64,000 bases of DNA. It comes from Candidatus Woesebacteria bacterium (GTDB taxonomy: Bacteria > Patescibacteriota > Microgenomatia > UBA8517). The stretch covers positions 355 through 64,354 of the forward strand of contig CP066686.1 of assembly GCA_016432365.1 (NCBI GenBank), read 5' to 3'. The notes beneath the pieces are model-generated. The model did not search any database. It saw only the letters and a list, made by a program, of their open reading frames with translations, and had not been told where the DNA came from. Positions 36,840 through 45,850 of this stretch are shown here, one piece after another (positions within the stretch are counted from its first letter, which is position 1; each line of letters begins with the position of its first letter). The translations under genes were made by a program, and so were the position numbers.

Positions 36840-37655
36840 TTAAGAAGTATATTCCTTGTAGAGTCTCTCTTTTCCATTCTCCATGATGTAGGCGGTAATA
36901 GTTATGTATTTTTCTATGTTGCTTCCTTTAAGTTTTTCGGTCATTATGTCGTCGACTTGAAATACGCCTGCGGGGTTTGTCATATGGATTCTTATTTCGA
37001 TTGGCCGTTCCTTTCCATCCAAAATTTCCACACCAGAAATTGCCAAGTCTGACTCAGAAAATATGTTTTTCTCACCTCTTGTATAGGTAATTCGACTTCT
37101 CCCCTTGCCCATGTCTATTGCATCAGCAATACGCATGGCGCCCGCCTCAACAGTACTCGGTTTCCCGGAAGCCCTGTGGGAAATAATTGCGTGGGAAACT
37201 TCGGAAATTACCACCATTCTCTCTTCGATAGGGAGAAAAGAAAGAATTTCTTTCATTAAATCCCGCGCTATAAAAAGACTAAACTCCTCATGTCCCTGCC
37301 GGTGAATTGAAATCCCCAAGTCATGCATAATACTGGCCAAAAAGATCACAACCTCCGCATGGTCATATGTTAGGCCAAAATCGGAAACTATCGACATGGT
37401 CACATTATTCTTTTTGAGAATTCTGGCAATTTTCATCCCGTTATTGGCCACAATCCCAAAATGAGTAGGTCCGTGGTCACTCATTGCCAAGCGGTCGATC
37501 GCCATAACGTTCATAATTTTCCATAAAGTTTTAATTTCGTCGTTATTGTTAACTCTATTTAAAACTTCTTCCAACATTTTATTACCTTCGGTTGGAACCT
37601 GTATTTTGATTGAATCCAGCGAAGATTTGGTTATTTTTGTATGTGATTTGTCCAT
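36840..37655 (-). CDS. HD-domain metal-dependent phosphohydrolase
   Basis: HGPTHF...IMHDLG (H...HD) signature; a member of the pilus operon. Confidence 0.55.
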   Translation of the reverse strand: MDKSHTKITKSSLDSIKIQVPTEGNKMLEEVLNRVNNNDEIKTLWKIMNVMAIDRLAMSDHGPTHFGIVANNGMKIARILKKNNVTMSIVSDFGLTYDHAEVVIFLASIMHDLGISIHRQGHEEFSLFIARDLMKEILSFLPIEERMVVISEVSHAIISHRASGKPSTVEAGAMRIADAIDMGKGRSRITYTRGEKNIFSESDLAISGVEILDGKERPIEIRIHMTNPAGVFQVDDIMTEKLKGSNIEKYITITAYIMENGKERLYKEYTS

Positions 37656-37770
37656 ATATTTATCAGGGAGTCAGATAAATCGGATATTTCTGATGGATCT
37701 GGCAATCAGGCATTGAATTTTCCGAGTATTTTGACTGTCCGAATTTTTAAAGTCTACGAAGTATTATACC

Positions 37771-38580
37771 CTATTTTAAGGCAGCATCTACGGTCGATTT
37801 CATATCTGTCCAGCTGTATGCTCCTGCATAACTGGTGGCGTTAATAAAAAATCCCGGGGTTCCACTTATCCCAATTGACCTGGCAATATCCGTCTCTTCA
37901 GTTAACCTGGAATCATACTTGCCGCTATCTAGACACTTCTTCATCTCAGCCGGATCTGTAGCACTTTTAAGAAAACTTGCAACCTCTTCCGATTTGGTCT
38001 TATCATTCTTTACAGTTGTATTCATGAAATCATACCCGGCATTTGTATAGAGTAGATCGTGGACTTCCCAAAATTTGCCGACATCTTGAGCACAATAAAG
38101 TGCCTTTGATCCCATTTCTCCGTTTCCGTGTCCAGGGGTATAAATCCAAACGTAAGAAGCTTTGCCGGAATCAACCAGCTTTCTCATTTCAGCAACCGGT
38201 GCAATATACTTACCTCCGTCTTTAACCAACTTGAACTGGCCTCCCATTTGATTATTTAATGCTGAATTAAGCCCTGTCGCGACGTGACAATATGGACAAG
38301 ATGGATCTGCAACTTCTACAAACAACACTTTCCTGTCTTTACCACCGAATTTTACAAGATTTTTATCAAAAAGACCTTTAATTGTGTCCAAACTCACAGC
38401 AGGTTGGTTGGGCTGACCTTCTGTGTTTGTTGCGGCTGTTGTGCCACCCTTTTCCAAATTGTTAACCTTTTGCCACAAAACACCAACCATAAACGCAAGA
38501 CCGATGCTGAGAACCACAAGTATCGGAGCTATCTTTTCAAAAATTCCTGGTCTTGGAGTTGCTTCTTCGTTTACTGACAT
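37771..38580 (-). CDS. DsbA-like thiol:disulfide oxidoreductase, membrane-anchored
   Basis: N-terminal TM helix, CPYCH active site and a thioredoxin-fold length. First gene of the pilus operon. Confidence 0.7.
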   Translation of the reverse strand: MSVNEEATPRPGIFEKIAPILVVLSIGLAFMVGVLWQKVNNLEKGGTTAATNTEGQPNQPAVSLDTIKGLFDKNLVKFGGKDRKVLFVEVADPSCPYCHVATGLNSALNNQMGGQFKLVKDGGKYIAPVAEMRKLVDSGKASYVWIYTPGHGNGEMGSKALYCAQDVGKFWEVHDLLYTNAGYDFMNTTVKNDKTKSEEVASFLKSATDPAEMKKCLDSGKYDSRLTEETDIARSIGISGTPGFFINATSYAGAYSWTDMKSTVDAALK

Positions 38581-38637
38581 TTGTACATTCTGCCCGAAAA
38601 ATTATTGAAAGTCAATGCCAATAATAGCTACTAGCAT

Positions 38638-39597
38638 CTAGCGACTAGTTCCTAGGTATTTTAACGCATCCATCGCGGCCATACATCCAAAACCCGCGGC
38701 AGTTATTGCCTGCTTGTAACGCGCATCGTGAACGTCCCCCGCAACAAAAATTCCCGGAACATTTGTTTTTGATCCTTCAGATAGCTTTATGAATCCACGT
38801 TCATCTGTTTCAACCACGTCTTTAAACACTGCGCTACCAGGTTTGTGTCCTATTGCTATAAATAGTCCGTCGATAGGAAGTTCTGAAACTTCATTAGTTT
38901 TATTATTTTTTAACTTTACACGCTCCAATTTTTCTTCTCCGCCCACCTCAGTTACTTCTGTATCCCAAACTATTTTAATTTTTGGATTGTCCTTCACTTC
39001 TTTCTGCATCGCGGCAGAGGCGCGGAATATATCGCGTCTATGAATTATTGTTACTTCCGAAGCATATTTTGTTAGAACAAGAGCCTCCTCCATTGCGCTA
39101 TCTCCCCCACCAACCACAGCAACCTTTTTACCTTTAAAAAACGGAGCATCACAAGGGGCGCACGAAGAAACTCCACGTCCAATTAATTTTTGAACCCCAG
39201 GAACATCAAGCCACAAAGTTTCGGCGCCGGTCGCAATAATAATACTGCGGGCTGAGTACTGTTGACTGTTTACTGTTAACTGAAACGGCTGCTTAGTTAC
39301 GTCAATTGAAGTGACGTTTTGTCCGACAAACTCTGCTCCAAATCTCTCAGCCTGAGCTCGCATCTCTCCTATTAATTTTGGTCCCAATATTCCTTGCGGG
39401 AAACCCGGGAAATTATCAACTTCCGTCGTCAGCATGAGCTGACCTCCCCAGACTTCTCCGCCAAGAATCAGAGTTGAAGCCGCACCGCGGGTTGTATAGA
39501 TCGCGGCGGTTAAACCGGAGGGGCCCGATCCAACAATCGCAACGTCCCATGGCCCTTTTGGATCTGACGGTTTGGATGAGAATATTTGTTGATCCAT
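38638..39597 (-). CDS. trxB: Thioredoxin-disulfide reductase
   Basis: GSGPSG FAD motif, CAPCD redox-active disulfide and GGGDSAMEEA NADPH motif. Confidence 0.85.
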   Translation of the reverse strand: MDQQIFSSKPSDPKGPWDVAIVGSGPSGLTAAIYTTRGAASTLILGGEVWGGQLMLTTEVDNFPGFPQGILGPKLIGEMRAQAERFGAEFVGQNVTSIDVTKQPFQLTVNSQQYSARSIIIATGAETLWLDVPGVQKLIGRGVSSCAPCDAPFFKGKKVAVVGGGDSAMEEALVLTKYASEVTIIHRRDIFRASAAMQKEVKDNPKIKIVWDTEVTEVGGEEKLERVKLKNNKTNEVSELPIDGLFIAIGHKPGSAVFKDVVETDERGFIKLSEGSKTNVPGIFVAGDVHDARYKQAITAAGFGCMAAMDALKYLGTSR

Positions 39598-39745
39598 TTT
39601 AATGAATGAAGTAAGACGTTTGAGATTTGAAGCTTGAAGACGAATTCTGAAGTACGAAAACCGAAGCCAGAAAAATCAGGCCTCAAAATTCGAACATCAC
39701 ACCTTCACTTCAAACTTCAAACCTCTGACTTCCAACTTCAAATAC

Positions 39746-39985
39746 TTAAACTGCTGGAGGTGTTTGCGGGGGCATTCCTGCTCCTGCGTCTCCCGTTCCT
39801 TCAGTTGGTGTAGGTGTCGGCATTACCGGAGCTTCTGGCTCTGGCATTACTGGCTCAACAGGAGCTGGTGTTCCCACCGGCATTGTTGGTTGTTCTACAA
39901 CTGGCGTTGCAGGTGCCTGAACAGGAGCGTTCGGGTCTGCCGCTGGAACTGTTGGACTAACCGGATTTTGTGCGTTTGGATCCAT
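39746..39985 (-). CDS. Proline/alanine-rich low-complexity protein (79 aa)
   Basis: ORF starting 3 nt after the trxA stop, with a GGTGG RBS-like sequence. The antisense ORF 39764..40048 is an artifact. Confidence 0.35.
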   Translation of the reverse strand: MDPNAQNPVSPTVPAADPNAPVQAPATPVVEQPTMPVGTPAPVEPVMPEPEAPVMPTPTPTEGTGDAGAGMPPQTPPAV

Positions 39986-39987
39986 AA

Positions 39988-40311
39988 TTATTCACCACCC
40001 TTCTTCATTAACTCTTCAAAACCTTGTTTTCCTGCAAAACCAACATGACGTCCTATTTCTTTTCCGTCTTTGAAAAGAACCGTCGTGGGGATAGACATTA
40101 TTCCATACTTTTGTGAATTGGCGGGATTGGCATCAACATCCAACTTCATTACCAACACCTTGTCTTTGTAAGCCTCCGAAAGCTCTTCTAAAATTGGAGC
40201 CGCCATCAAACAAGGCCCACACCACGTTGCCCAAAAATCAACTAGCACCGGAAGTTTATTCTTAAGAACCTGTTCTTCAAAATTTGCGTCAGTGATATTT
40301 TGCGATGCCAT
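39988..40311 (-). CDS. trxA: Thioredoxin
   Basis: WCGPC active site; 107 aa. Confidence 0.9.
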   Translation of the reverse strand: MASQNITDANFEEQVLKNKLPVLVDFWATWCGPCLMAAPILEELSEAYKDKVLVMKLDVDANPANSQKYGIMSIPTTVLFKDGKEIGRHVGFAGKQGFEELMKKGGE

Positions 40312-40414
40312 ACGAAATTCAATATACCTTTCGATAAAAATTTAATCAAGAACTAAAAGTTCTTGCCGTGTACAATTTTGGAGAAATTGCAAGTCTCTAG
40401 AACCAAATTATATT

Positions 40415-42508
40415 TTATACTTTAATTCCATTAAGTCTCAACGAATTTACTACAACTGAAATCGAAGAAAGAGCCATTGCTCCAGCCGCAATCATCGGAT
40501 TAAGTAATCCTATTGCGGCCACAGGAATCAAAATAACGTTATAACCAAAGGCCCAAAATAGGTTCTGTTTAATTACCCCCAACGTCGCACGACTTAAATT
40601 AAATGCCGTTAATACACTTCTGATATCTTTATTTAATAAAGTTACACCGGCAGATTCAATTGCCACGTCTGTTCCTGTTCCCATTGCAATTCCAACATCG
40701 GCCGCGGCCAATGCCGGCGCATCGTTTACCCCGTCTCCAACGAAGGCGACGTTTACAGCACGTCCGTCACTTCCCACTTTCAAATCCTTTACTTTATCTG
40801 CTTTATGGTGCGGCATTACTTCACTCATTATATTTTTAATGTTAGCTTTATCCGCGATATCTTTTGCGACACTCTTTTTATCCCCTGTAATCATCCAAAC
40901 ACCTATTCCCTTAGCTTCCAGTCCTTCGGTCACTTCGCGAACCCCATCTTTAATTTCATCGCCGACTTCAAAGGTCGCCAATATTTTTCCTCCGCTCGTA
41001 AGAGATATCGATCCAGCTTTCGATCTCCCCAAAAAGTATTTTTTATCATCAATCTCTCCTTCTATCCCAATTCCTTCAAGTGCCTTAAAGTGTTCCACCC
41101 TCTTCGTTTTTAGCTCTTCACTTTTCGCTTTGTCGACAATCGCTTTCGCGATCGGGTGTTCTGAATTTTGTTCCAAACTTGCTGCAATTTGGAGATATTT
41201 ATCTCCTACTTTATTAGTTAAAAACATTTCCCCCTTTGTTAGAGTCCCCGTTTTATCAAAAACGATTGCCTTAATCCTCCCAAGGGTCTCCAAACTTGCG
41301 GCATCTTTAATTAAAACGCCTTTCGCGGCTCCCTTGCCTGTTCCAACCATAATCGCAGTTGGGGTAGCAAGTCCCATGGCACACGGACAGGCTATTATGA
41401 GTACCGCGACAAGGTTTACAAAAGCACTAACTGGAGATCCAAAAATAAACCAGACAACAAAGGTCGCAACCGAAAGCATTAAAACGATCGGAACAAAATA
41501 AGAAGAAACCGTGTCTGCAAGACGTTGAATGGGGGCCCTACTCCCCTGCGCCTCGGAAACCATTTTTACAATTTGCGAAAGCATGGTATCTCGACCCACC
41601 TTTGACGCCTTGAAAATGAATGTTCCCGACTTGTTTATAGTGGCACCAATCACGTTGGCACCTACGGTTTTATCTACAGGGAGACTTTCTCCGGTAACCA
41701 TTGATTCGTCAATCGCACTTTCTCCTTCCAGGATAATTCCATCGACAGGAATTTTTTCTCCCGGGCGAACTCTGATTCTATCTCCCACCACCACCTCTTC
41801 TATTGGAATATCTATTTCCTTCCATGATTTACCATTAACCTGCCGGAGGACTCGGGCCGTCTTAGCTTGAAGTCCAAGGAGCTTCTTAATTGCATCATTT
41901 GTGTGTGATTTGGCCCTGGCTTCCAAAAACCTCCCCAAAAGTATGAGGGCTATGATAACAGTTGAAGTATCAAAATAGGTAGGACCTCCGAATACTATTG
42001 AATAAAGTGAGTATCCAAAAGCAGCTGTTGTACCAATGGCAATTAACGTGTCCATGCTCGCCGCACGGTTTTTAAGTCCCGACCATGTGGCCAGATAGAA
42101 TTCTTTACCGGCCCAAAATTGGACGGGAATAGCAAGAACAAGAAGAATCCAGTTGGGAAACATCACAAAACTTCCTACCATAACAACCGCCGACAATATC
42201 CCCGATACAATAACCTTTGTCTTTAATTTTTTGATTTCTTCTTTTTTAATTTCGTCCTTTTGCTCTTCGGCCGATTTGCCTTCCGAATTGTTTGTATCAG
42301 TAAACACCGCTTTATAACCGGCGTCGTAAACTGCTTGAGCCAAATCTTGATCGCGAACGTCATCCCCAACCTCAACAGTAGCTATTTCGCTTGCATAATT
42401 TACCATTGCGGAGGCAACACCGGGAGTTTTTCCGAGTTTTCGCTCGATTAACTTTGCACAACTTGCGCAATGCATACCTACGATTGGAAATGATTTTTTA
42501 ATGGTCAT
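40415..42508 (-). CDS. copA: Copper-translocating P1B-type ATPase
   Basis: N-terminal HMA (GMHCASCA), the CPC motif (ACPCAMG), [15 protein letters not shown] and HP. Start set at the Met (MTIKKSF) overlapping the stop of the upstream small ORF; the raw ORF extends to 42535. Confidence 0.85.
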   Translation of the reverse strand: MTIKKSFPIVGMHCASCAKLIERKLGKTPGVASAMVNYASEIATVEVGDDVRDQDLAQAVYDAGYKAVFTDTNNSEGKSAEEQKDEIKKEEIKKLKTKVIVSGILSAVVMVGSFVMFPNWILLVLAIPVQFWAGKEFYLATWSGLKNRAASMDTLIAIGTTAAFGYSLYSIVFGGPTYFDTSTVIIALILLGRFLEARAKSHTNDAIKKLLGLQAKTARVLRQVNGKSWKEIDIPIEEVVVGDRIRVRPGEKIPVDGIILEGESAIDESMVTGESLPVDKTVGANVIGATINKSGTFIFKASKVGRDTMLSQIVKMVSEAQGSRAPIQRLADTVSSYFVPIVLMLSVATFVVWFIFGSPVSAFVNLVAVLIIACPCAMGLATPTAIMVGTGKGAAKGVLIKDAASLETLGRIKAIVFDKTGTLTKGEMFLTNKVGDKYLQIAASLEQNSEHPIAKAIVDKAKSEELKTKRVEHFKALEGIGIEGEIDDKKYFLGRSKAGSISLTSGGKILATFEVGDEIKDGVREVTEGLEAKGIGVWMITGDKKSVAKDIADKANIKNIMSEVMPHHKADKVKDLKVGSDGRAVNVAFVGDGVNDAPALAAADVGIAMGTGTDVAIESAGVTLLNKDIRSVLTAFNLSRATLGVIKQNLFWAFGYNVILIPVAAIGLLNPMIAAGAMALSSISVVVNSLRLNGIKV

Positions 42509-42602
42509 GTTTATCCCCTGTCTCTTTTTTGCCACCGAAAAAGAACCAATAAATAAACCATATTAGTCCTACTCCGCCAATTGTAACCAAAATCTTATCC
42601 AT
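42498..42602 (-). CDS. Small (35 aa) single-TM peptide with a His/Asp-rich tail, translationally coupled to copA
   Basis: [34 protein letters not shown]. Its TAA overlaps the copA ATG (ATGACCATTAA) and it starts 5 nt after the csoR stop. Confidence 0.45.
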   Translation of the reverse strand: MDKILVTIGGVGLIWFIYWFFFGGKKETGDKHDH

Positions 42603-42606
42603 ATAA

Positions 42607-42882
42607 TTATTTCTTCTGTAAAACAGACATAACTTCTTCGATTGCCTCTTTACTATTTCCGCTTTTAATTGAAGCGGCAACACAGGTATTAAGATGGCTC
42701 TCCAAAATTACTTCGTCCACTTTTTTTAATGCAGCCTGAACTGCGATCGACTGATGGACAACATCTATACAATAGGCATCCCCGTCTACCATAGATATAA
42801 TCTTATCTAAATGCCCTCTGGCAATTTGAAGGCGATGCAAAATTTGTTTTTTGCCATTTGACATATCCGTTTTGTGTGTCAT
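42607..42882 (-). CDS. csoR: CsoR/RcnR-family metal-sensing repressor
   Basis: L.RLQIARGHLDKI..M......CIDVVHQSIAVQAAL matches the CsoR Cys-His-Cys sensor positions. Confidence 0.75.
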   Translation of the reverse strand: MTHKTDMSNGKKQILHRLQIARGHLDKIISMVDGDAYCIDVVHQSIAVQAALKKVDEVILESHLNTCVAASIKSGNSKEAIEEVMSVLQKK

Positions 42883-42892
42883 AATTCATTGT

Positions 42893-42913
42893 ATATCCCC
42901 CTGGGGGGGATTG
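42893..42913. promoter_or_regulatory. CsoR-type operator: GC-tract palindrome ATCCCCC-TGG-GGGGGAT
   Basis: A perfect 7-bp inverted repeat with C5/G5 tracts sits 11 nt upstream of the csoR ATG and abuts a TTGTCA -35-like hexamer for the divergent plus-strand operon. Confidence 0.55.
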
Positions 42914-42947
42914 TCAAACACCATTATTTATATAAATAATGTGCAGA

Positions 42948-42974
42948 CCCCTCGAAGCCTCGGCGAAGTGGGGT
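42948..42974. repeat. Dispersed 27-nt GC-rich element cccctcgaagcctcggcgaagtggggt, copy 2
   Basis: Matches 12618-12644 at 26 of 27 positions and 57251-57275 more loosely. Has the form ACCCC-N18-GGGGT. Confidence 0.6.
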
Positions 42975-42988
42975 CAATTCTACTATTC

Positions 42989-44005
42989 ATGAATCAATTC
43001 TGGTTAGCACTAATTACAGGTTTAACAACTGGCGGTCTGTCTTGTTTTGCCGTCCAAGGTGGGCTTTTGACATCTGCCCTAGCCCAGGAAGGAATTGGAA
43101 ACCAACCCGGCAAACAAAACATTAAATATTTGAAGGAAAAAAGCATTTTAATGTTTCTGGCAGCAAAACTCATCGCCTATACCCTCCTGGGTTTCCTTTT
43201 GGGCGCATTGGGGTCAGTTATTGTGATTTCTATAAAATTTCAAGCCTTTTTACAAATACTTGTTGGGTTTTACATGTTGGCCACAGCCGCAAGACTTTTG
43301 AATCTCCATCCCGTTTTTAAATATTTTGTCATTCAACCTCCAACATCACTTTTAAAATTGGTAAGAAAAAGTTCACAGGTCAAATCATTTTTTGCCCCAG
43401 CTCTGCTTGGATTTTTAACAATTCTTATCCCCTGTGGGGTAACACAAGCAATGATGCTTTTGGCAATTGCTTCCGGCGGTGCCATATGGGGAGCCGGAAT
43501 AATGTTTTTCTTTGTTTTAGGAACCAGCCCTGTATTTTTTCTTATTGGCCTCGCCGCAACAGAACTTCTTAAAAACAAATCATTCGCCATTGTTGCCGCT
43601 ATATTTATAACAATTCTGGGTATAACTTCAATTAACAGCGGGCAGATTATCAGAGGTTCAGCTCACACTTTGCAGAATTATTGGAAAGTTATATCCGGAT
43701 CGGATATCATTCAAGGGTCGGCATCGATAAAAGATGGCAAACAAGAAGTGACAATCGAAGTGACCAGCCGAGGCTACAAATCGAATACTAATACTTTAAA
43801 ACTTGGAGTGCCCGTAAAACTAACCCTTATAACAAACAATATTTTTAGTTGCGCAAGAGCATTCGTCATTCCCTCTCTGGATTATTCTAAAGTACTTCCC
43901 CAGACCGGGAAAACGGTGGTTGAATTTACACCAAAAACTCTGGGCCAGTTAACTTATACTTGCAGTATGGGAATGTATTCTGGTTCGTTTAACGTAGTAG
44001 AATGA
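42989..44005 (+). CDS. Polytopic membrane protein with a C-terminal cupredoxin-like domain (copper-handling candidate)
   Basis: Start at MNQFWLAL, since the raw ORF upstream reads through the operator and repeat. At least 6 TM helices, then a beta-rich C-domain with C...C.MGMY. Confidence 0.55.
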   Translation: MNQFWLALITGLTTGGLSCFAVQGGLLTSALAQEGIGNQPGKQNIKYLKEKSILMFLAAKLIAYTLLGFLLGALGSVIVISIKFQAFLQILVGFYMLATAARLLNLHPVFKYFVIQPPTSLLKLVRKSSQVKSFFAPALLGFLTILIPCGVTQAMMLLAIASGGAIWGAGIMFFFVLGTSPVFFLIGLAATELLKNKSFAIVAAIFITILGITSINSGQIIRGSAHTLQNYWKVISGSDIIQGSASIKDGKQEVTIEVTSRGYKSNTNTLKLGVPVKLTLITNNIFSCARAFVIPSLDYSKVLPQTGKTVVEFTPKTLGQLTYTCSMGMYSGSFNVVE

Positions 44006-44211
44006 CTAATCTAACAAATATGCCTAACAAAATCTATAAAATCACCGGTCTTGATTGCCCAAGCTGTGCGGGACTGGTCGAAATGGACCTTGAGGACGCC
44101 GGCATCAAAGCTACTTGTTCCTATGCGAAAGGTGTTTTAGAAGTAGAAGGCAAACACGACAAGAAAAAAGTTGATGAAGTAGTTAAAAAATCAGGCTATT
44201 CCGTTTCCTAA
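44002..44211 (+). CDS. copZ: Heavy-metal-associated (HMA) copper chaperone, CopZ-like
   Basis: ITGLDCPSCAG (GMxCxxC) in a ferredoxin-like ~65 aa protein; ATGA overlap with the upstream gene. Confidence 0.75.
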   Translation: MTNLTNMPNKIYKITGLDCPSCAGLVEMDLEDAGIKATCSYAKGVLEVEGKHDKKKVDEVVKKSGYSVS

Positions 44212-44279
44212 TTGTAAGCAGAGTTTGATGCTTGGTTTCGCTAATTGTAAATTGTAAATTTTAAATTAATAATTATTAT

Positions 44280-44690
44280 ATGTGTCCCGTATGCACAGTC
44301 ACTGTTGTTGCCGGCCTTGGAATCTCAAGACTTCTTGGGATTGATGACCTATTAACCTCGATTTGGATCGGCGGATTTATACTTTCATTTTCGTTTGTCA
44401 CTGTTAACTGGATCATTAAAAAATGGCCAAACTGGAATGCCAAAAAGTGGCAGTGGACAATTTTTGTTTCAATGTATATTTTAGCCTTGGCACCGCTTTA
44501 TAATGCCCCTACTATCACGAGAATTCTTTATGGAACGCTGGTCGGATCAGTATTTTTTTTAATCGGAGTATATGCAGATAAATTCCAGAGGAAAAAGTAT
44601 GATAAAATTTTCTTCCCGTTTCAGAAGGTTGCATTTCCTGTTTTAAGTCTTATACTTGCCTCACTTGTCTCATATTTTCTAATTAAATGA
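44280..44690 (+). CDS. Hypothetical membrane protein (136 aa)
   Basis: Four predicted TM helices. Confidence 0.5.
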   Translation: MCPVCTVTVVAGLGISRLLGIDDLLTSIWIGGFILSFSFVTVNWIIKKWPNWNAKKWQWTIFVSMYILALAPLYNAPTITRILYGTLVGSVFFLIGVYADKFQRKKYDKIFFPFQKVAFPVLSLILASLVSYFLIK

Positions 44691-45220
44691 ATGTAATTAA
44701 AACATACAAAGATTTGGTTGATAAGGTTAGTAGTTTCAAAATTGATCAGAATATTGATCTCTCTTCCGGAGAGGATCTGTCAATTGGGATCATGAACCTG
44801 ATTTCAATCGAAGAACATTTGTTTTTTACATACAACAAAACCAAATCTCCCAAATACCTGGAGTTACTAAATGAAATTCGGAAAATGAGGACAGAACTGA
44901 TGCGCGAAATCATTAAAGATTATGAAGGTGAAGTTTGGTGCATTAGCAAACATTTATTGGCAGCTTCAATGAGGATCATGGAAGTGGGAACAAAGGAATT
45001 AAAGAAGGGCGAGAACAAAAAAGCGCAAGTGCTTTTCCAAAAATCATATCAACTCTATTCCCTGTTCTGGGGCTTAAATTTATCTAAATTCCCTAAATCC
45101 CCCAGCCTTTCTGACAAACTCTCCTTTATCGACGAAAAAGGAAAATCAAAAGGAACAGAGTCTGTTTTCTCCAAACTTGGACAAGTAGTCCAAAAGGCCA
45201 TAGACTGTTGTAGAGAATAA
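44687..45220 (+). CDS. Hypothetical protein (177 aa)
   Basis: ORF overlapping its neighbours by 4 nt. Confidence 0.5.
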   Translation: MNVIKTYKDLVDKVSSFKIDQNIDLSSGEDLSIGIMNLISIEEHLFFTYNKTKSPKYLELLNEIRKMRTELMREIIKDYEGEVWCISKHLLAASMRIMEVGTKELKKGENKKAQVLFQKSYQLYSLFWGLNLSKFPKSPSLSDKLSFIDEKGKSKGTESVFSKLGQVVQKAIDCCRE

Positions 45221-45726
45221 TGACAACTTTCTATATCTTCCGTCATGGAAATACTATTGATTCCGACAGCCTACTGACCAAATTTTTTGGGCATAAGCAC
45301 GATTCTCACGATTTAGTAATTCTACCAAAAGCACTTCCAGCTTTAAAAAAAATCGGAGCCTTTTTGGAAAAAGTAGACACCGACGCCAATTTTTCTTCTC
45401 CTTACCTGCGTTGCCGTCAATCGACACAAATAGTCAGCCATATCGCCAACAAAAAATATACGGTTGACGAGAGGTTGCGCGAATATGAAAAAAATGGTGA
45501 AAAATTTTCGTCACTACGTAAAAGAGTCCGCTCTTTTTTAGACTATGTCGCCAAAAAAAATTATTCATCAATATCAATTTGCACACACGGAGGAATAATA
45601 GCAGCCATTAAACACCTGGCCACAGGAGGTAATTTCTATTTTTTTCAACTCTGGGATTTTCCCGCCCCCGGTAACCTGATTGTAATGAAGGACGGAGAAG
45701 TAAAAACAATCAATTTTAACAAGTAG
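45220..45726 (+). CDS. Histidine phosphatase superfamily protein (SixA/PGM-like)
   Basis: IFRHGNT (the RHG catalytic motif) at the N-terminus and a conserved His near the C-terminus (CTHGG). Confidence 0.6.
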   Translation: MTTFYIFRHGNTIDSDSLLTKFFGHKHDSHDLVILPKALPALKKIGAFLEKVDTDANFSSPYLRCRQSTQIVSHIANKKYTVDERLREYEKNGEKFSSLRKRVRSFLDYVAKKNYSSISICTHGGIIAAIKHLATGGNFYFFQLWDFPAPGNLIVMKDGEVKTINFNK

Positions 45727-45850
45727 TCTAGATTTACCAACTCCGTGTATATACTCCTCTTACTCGAGTTTGCAACTCTCGTTAGAGATTATATACTCGA
45801 AATTTTCGTTTGCGTATGCAAACTCAAGTTTCTTGAGTATAATCAACTCT

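Noticed and set aside
40839-41501. 220-aa plus-strand ORF
   Set aside because: It is antisense within copA, whose motifs are unambiguous on the minus strand.
42851-42988. N-terminal 46 aa of raw ORF 42851..44005
   Set aside because: That stretch reads through the CsoR operator palindrome, the putative -35/-10 and the dispersed GC-rich repeat, so the start was moved to the Met at 42989.
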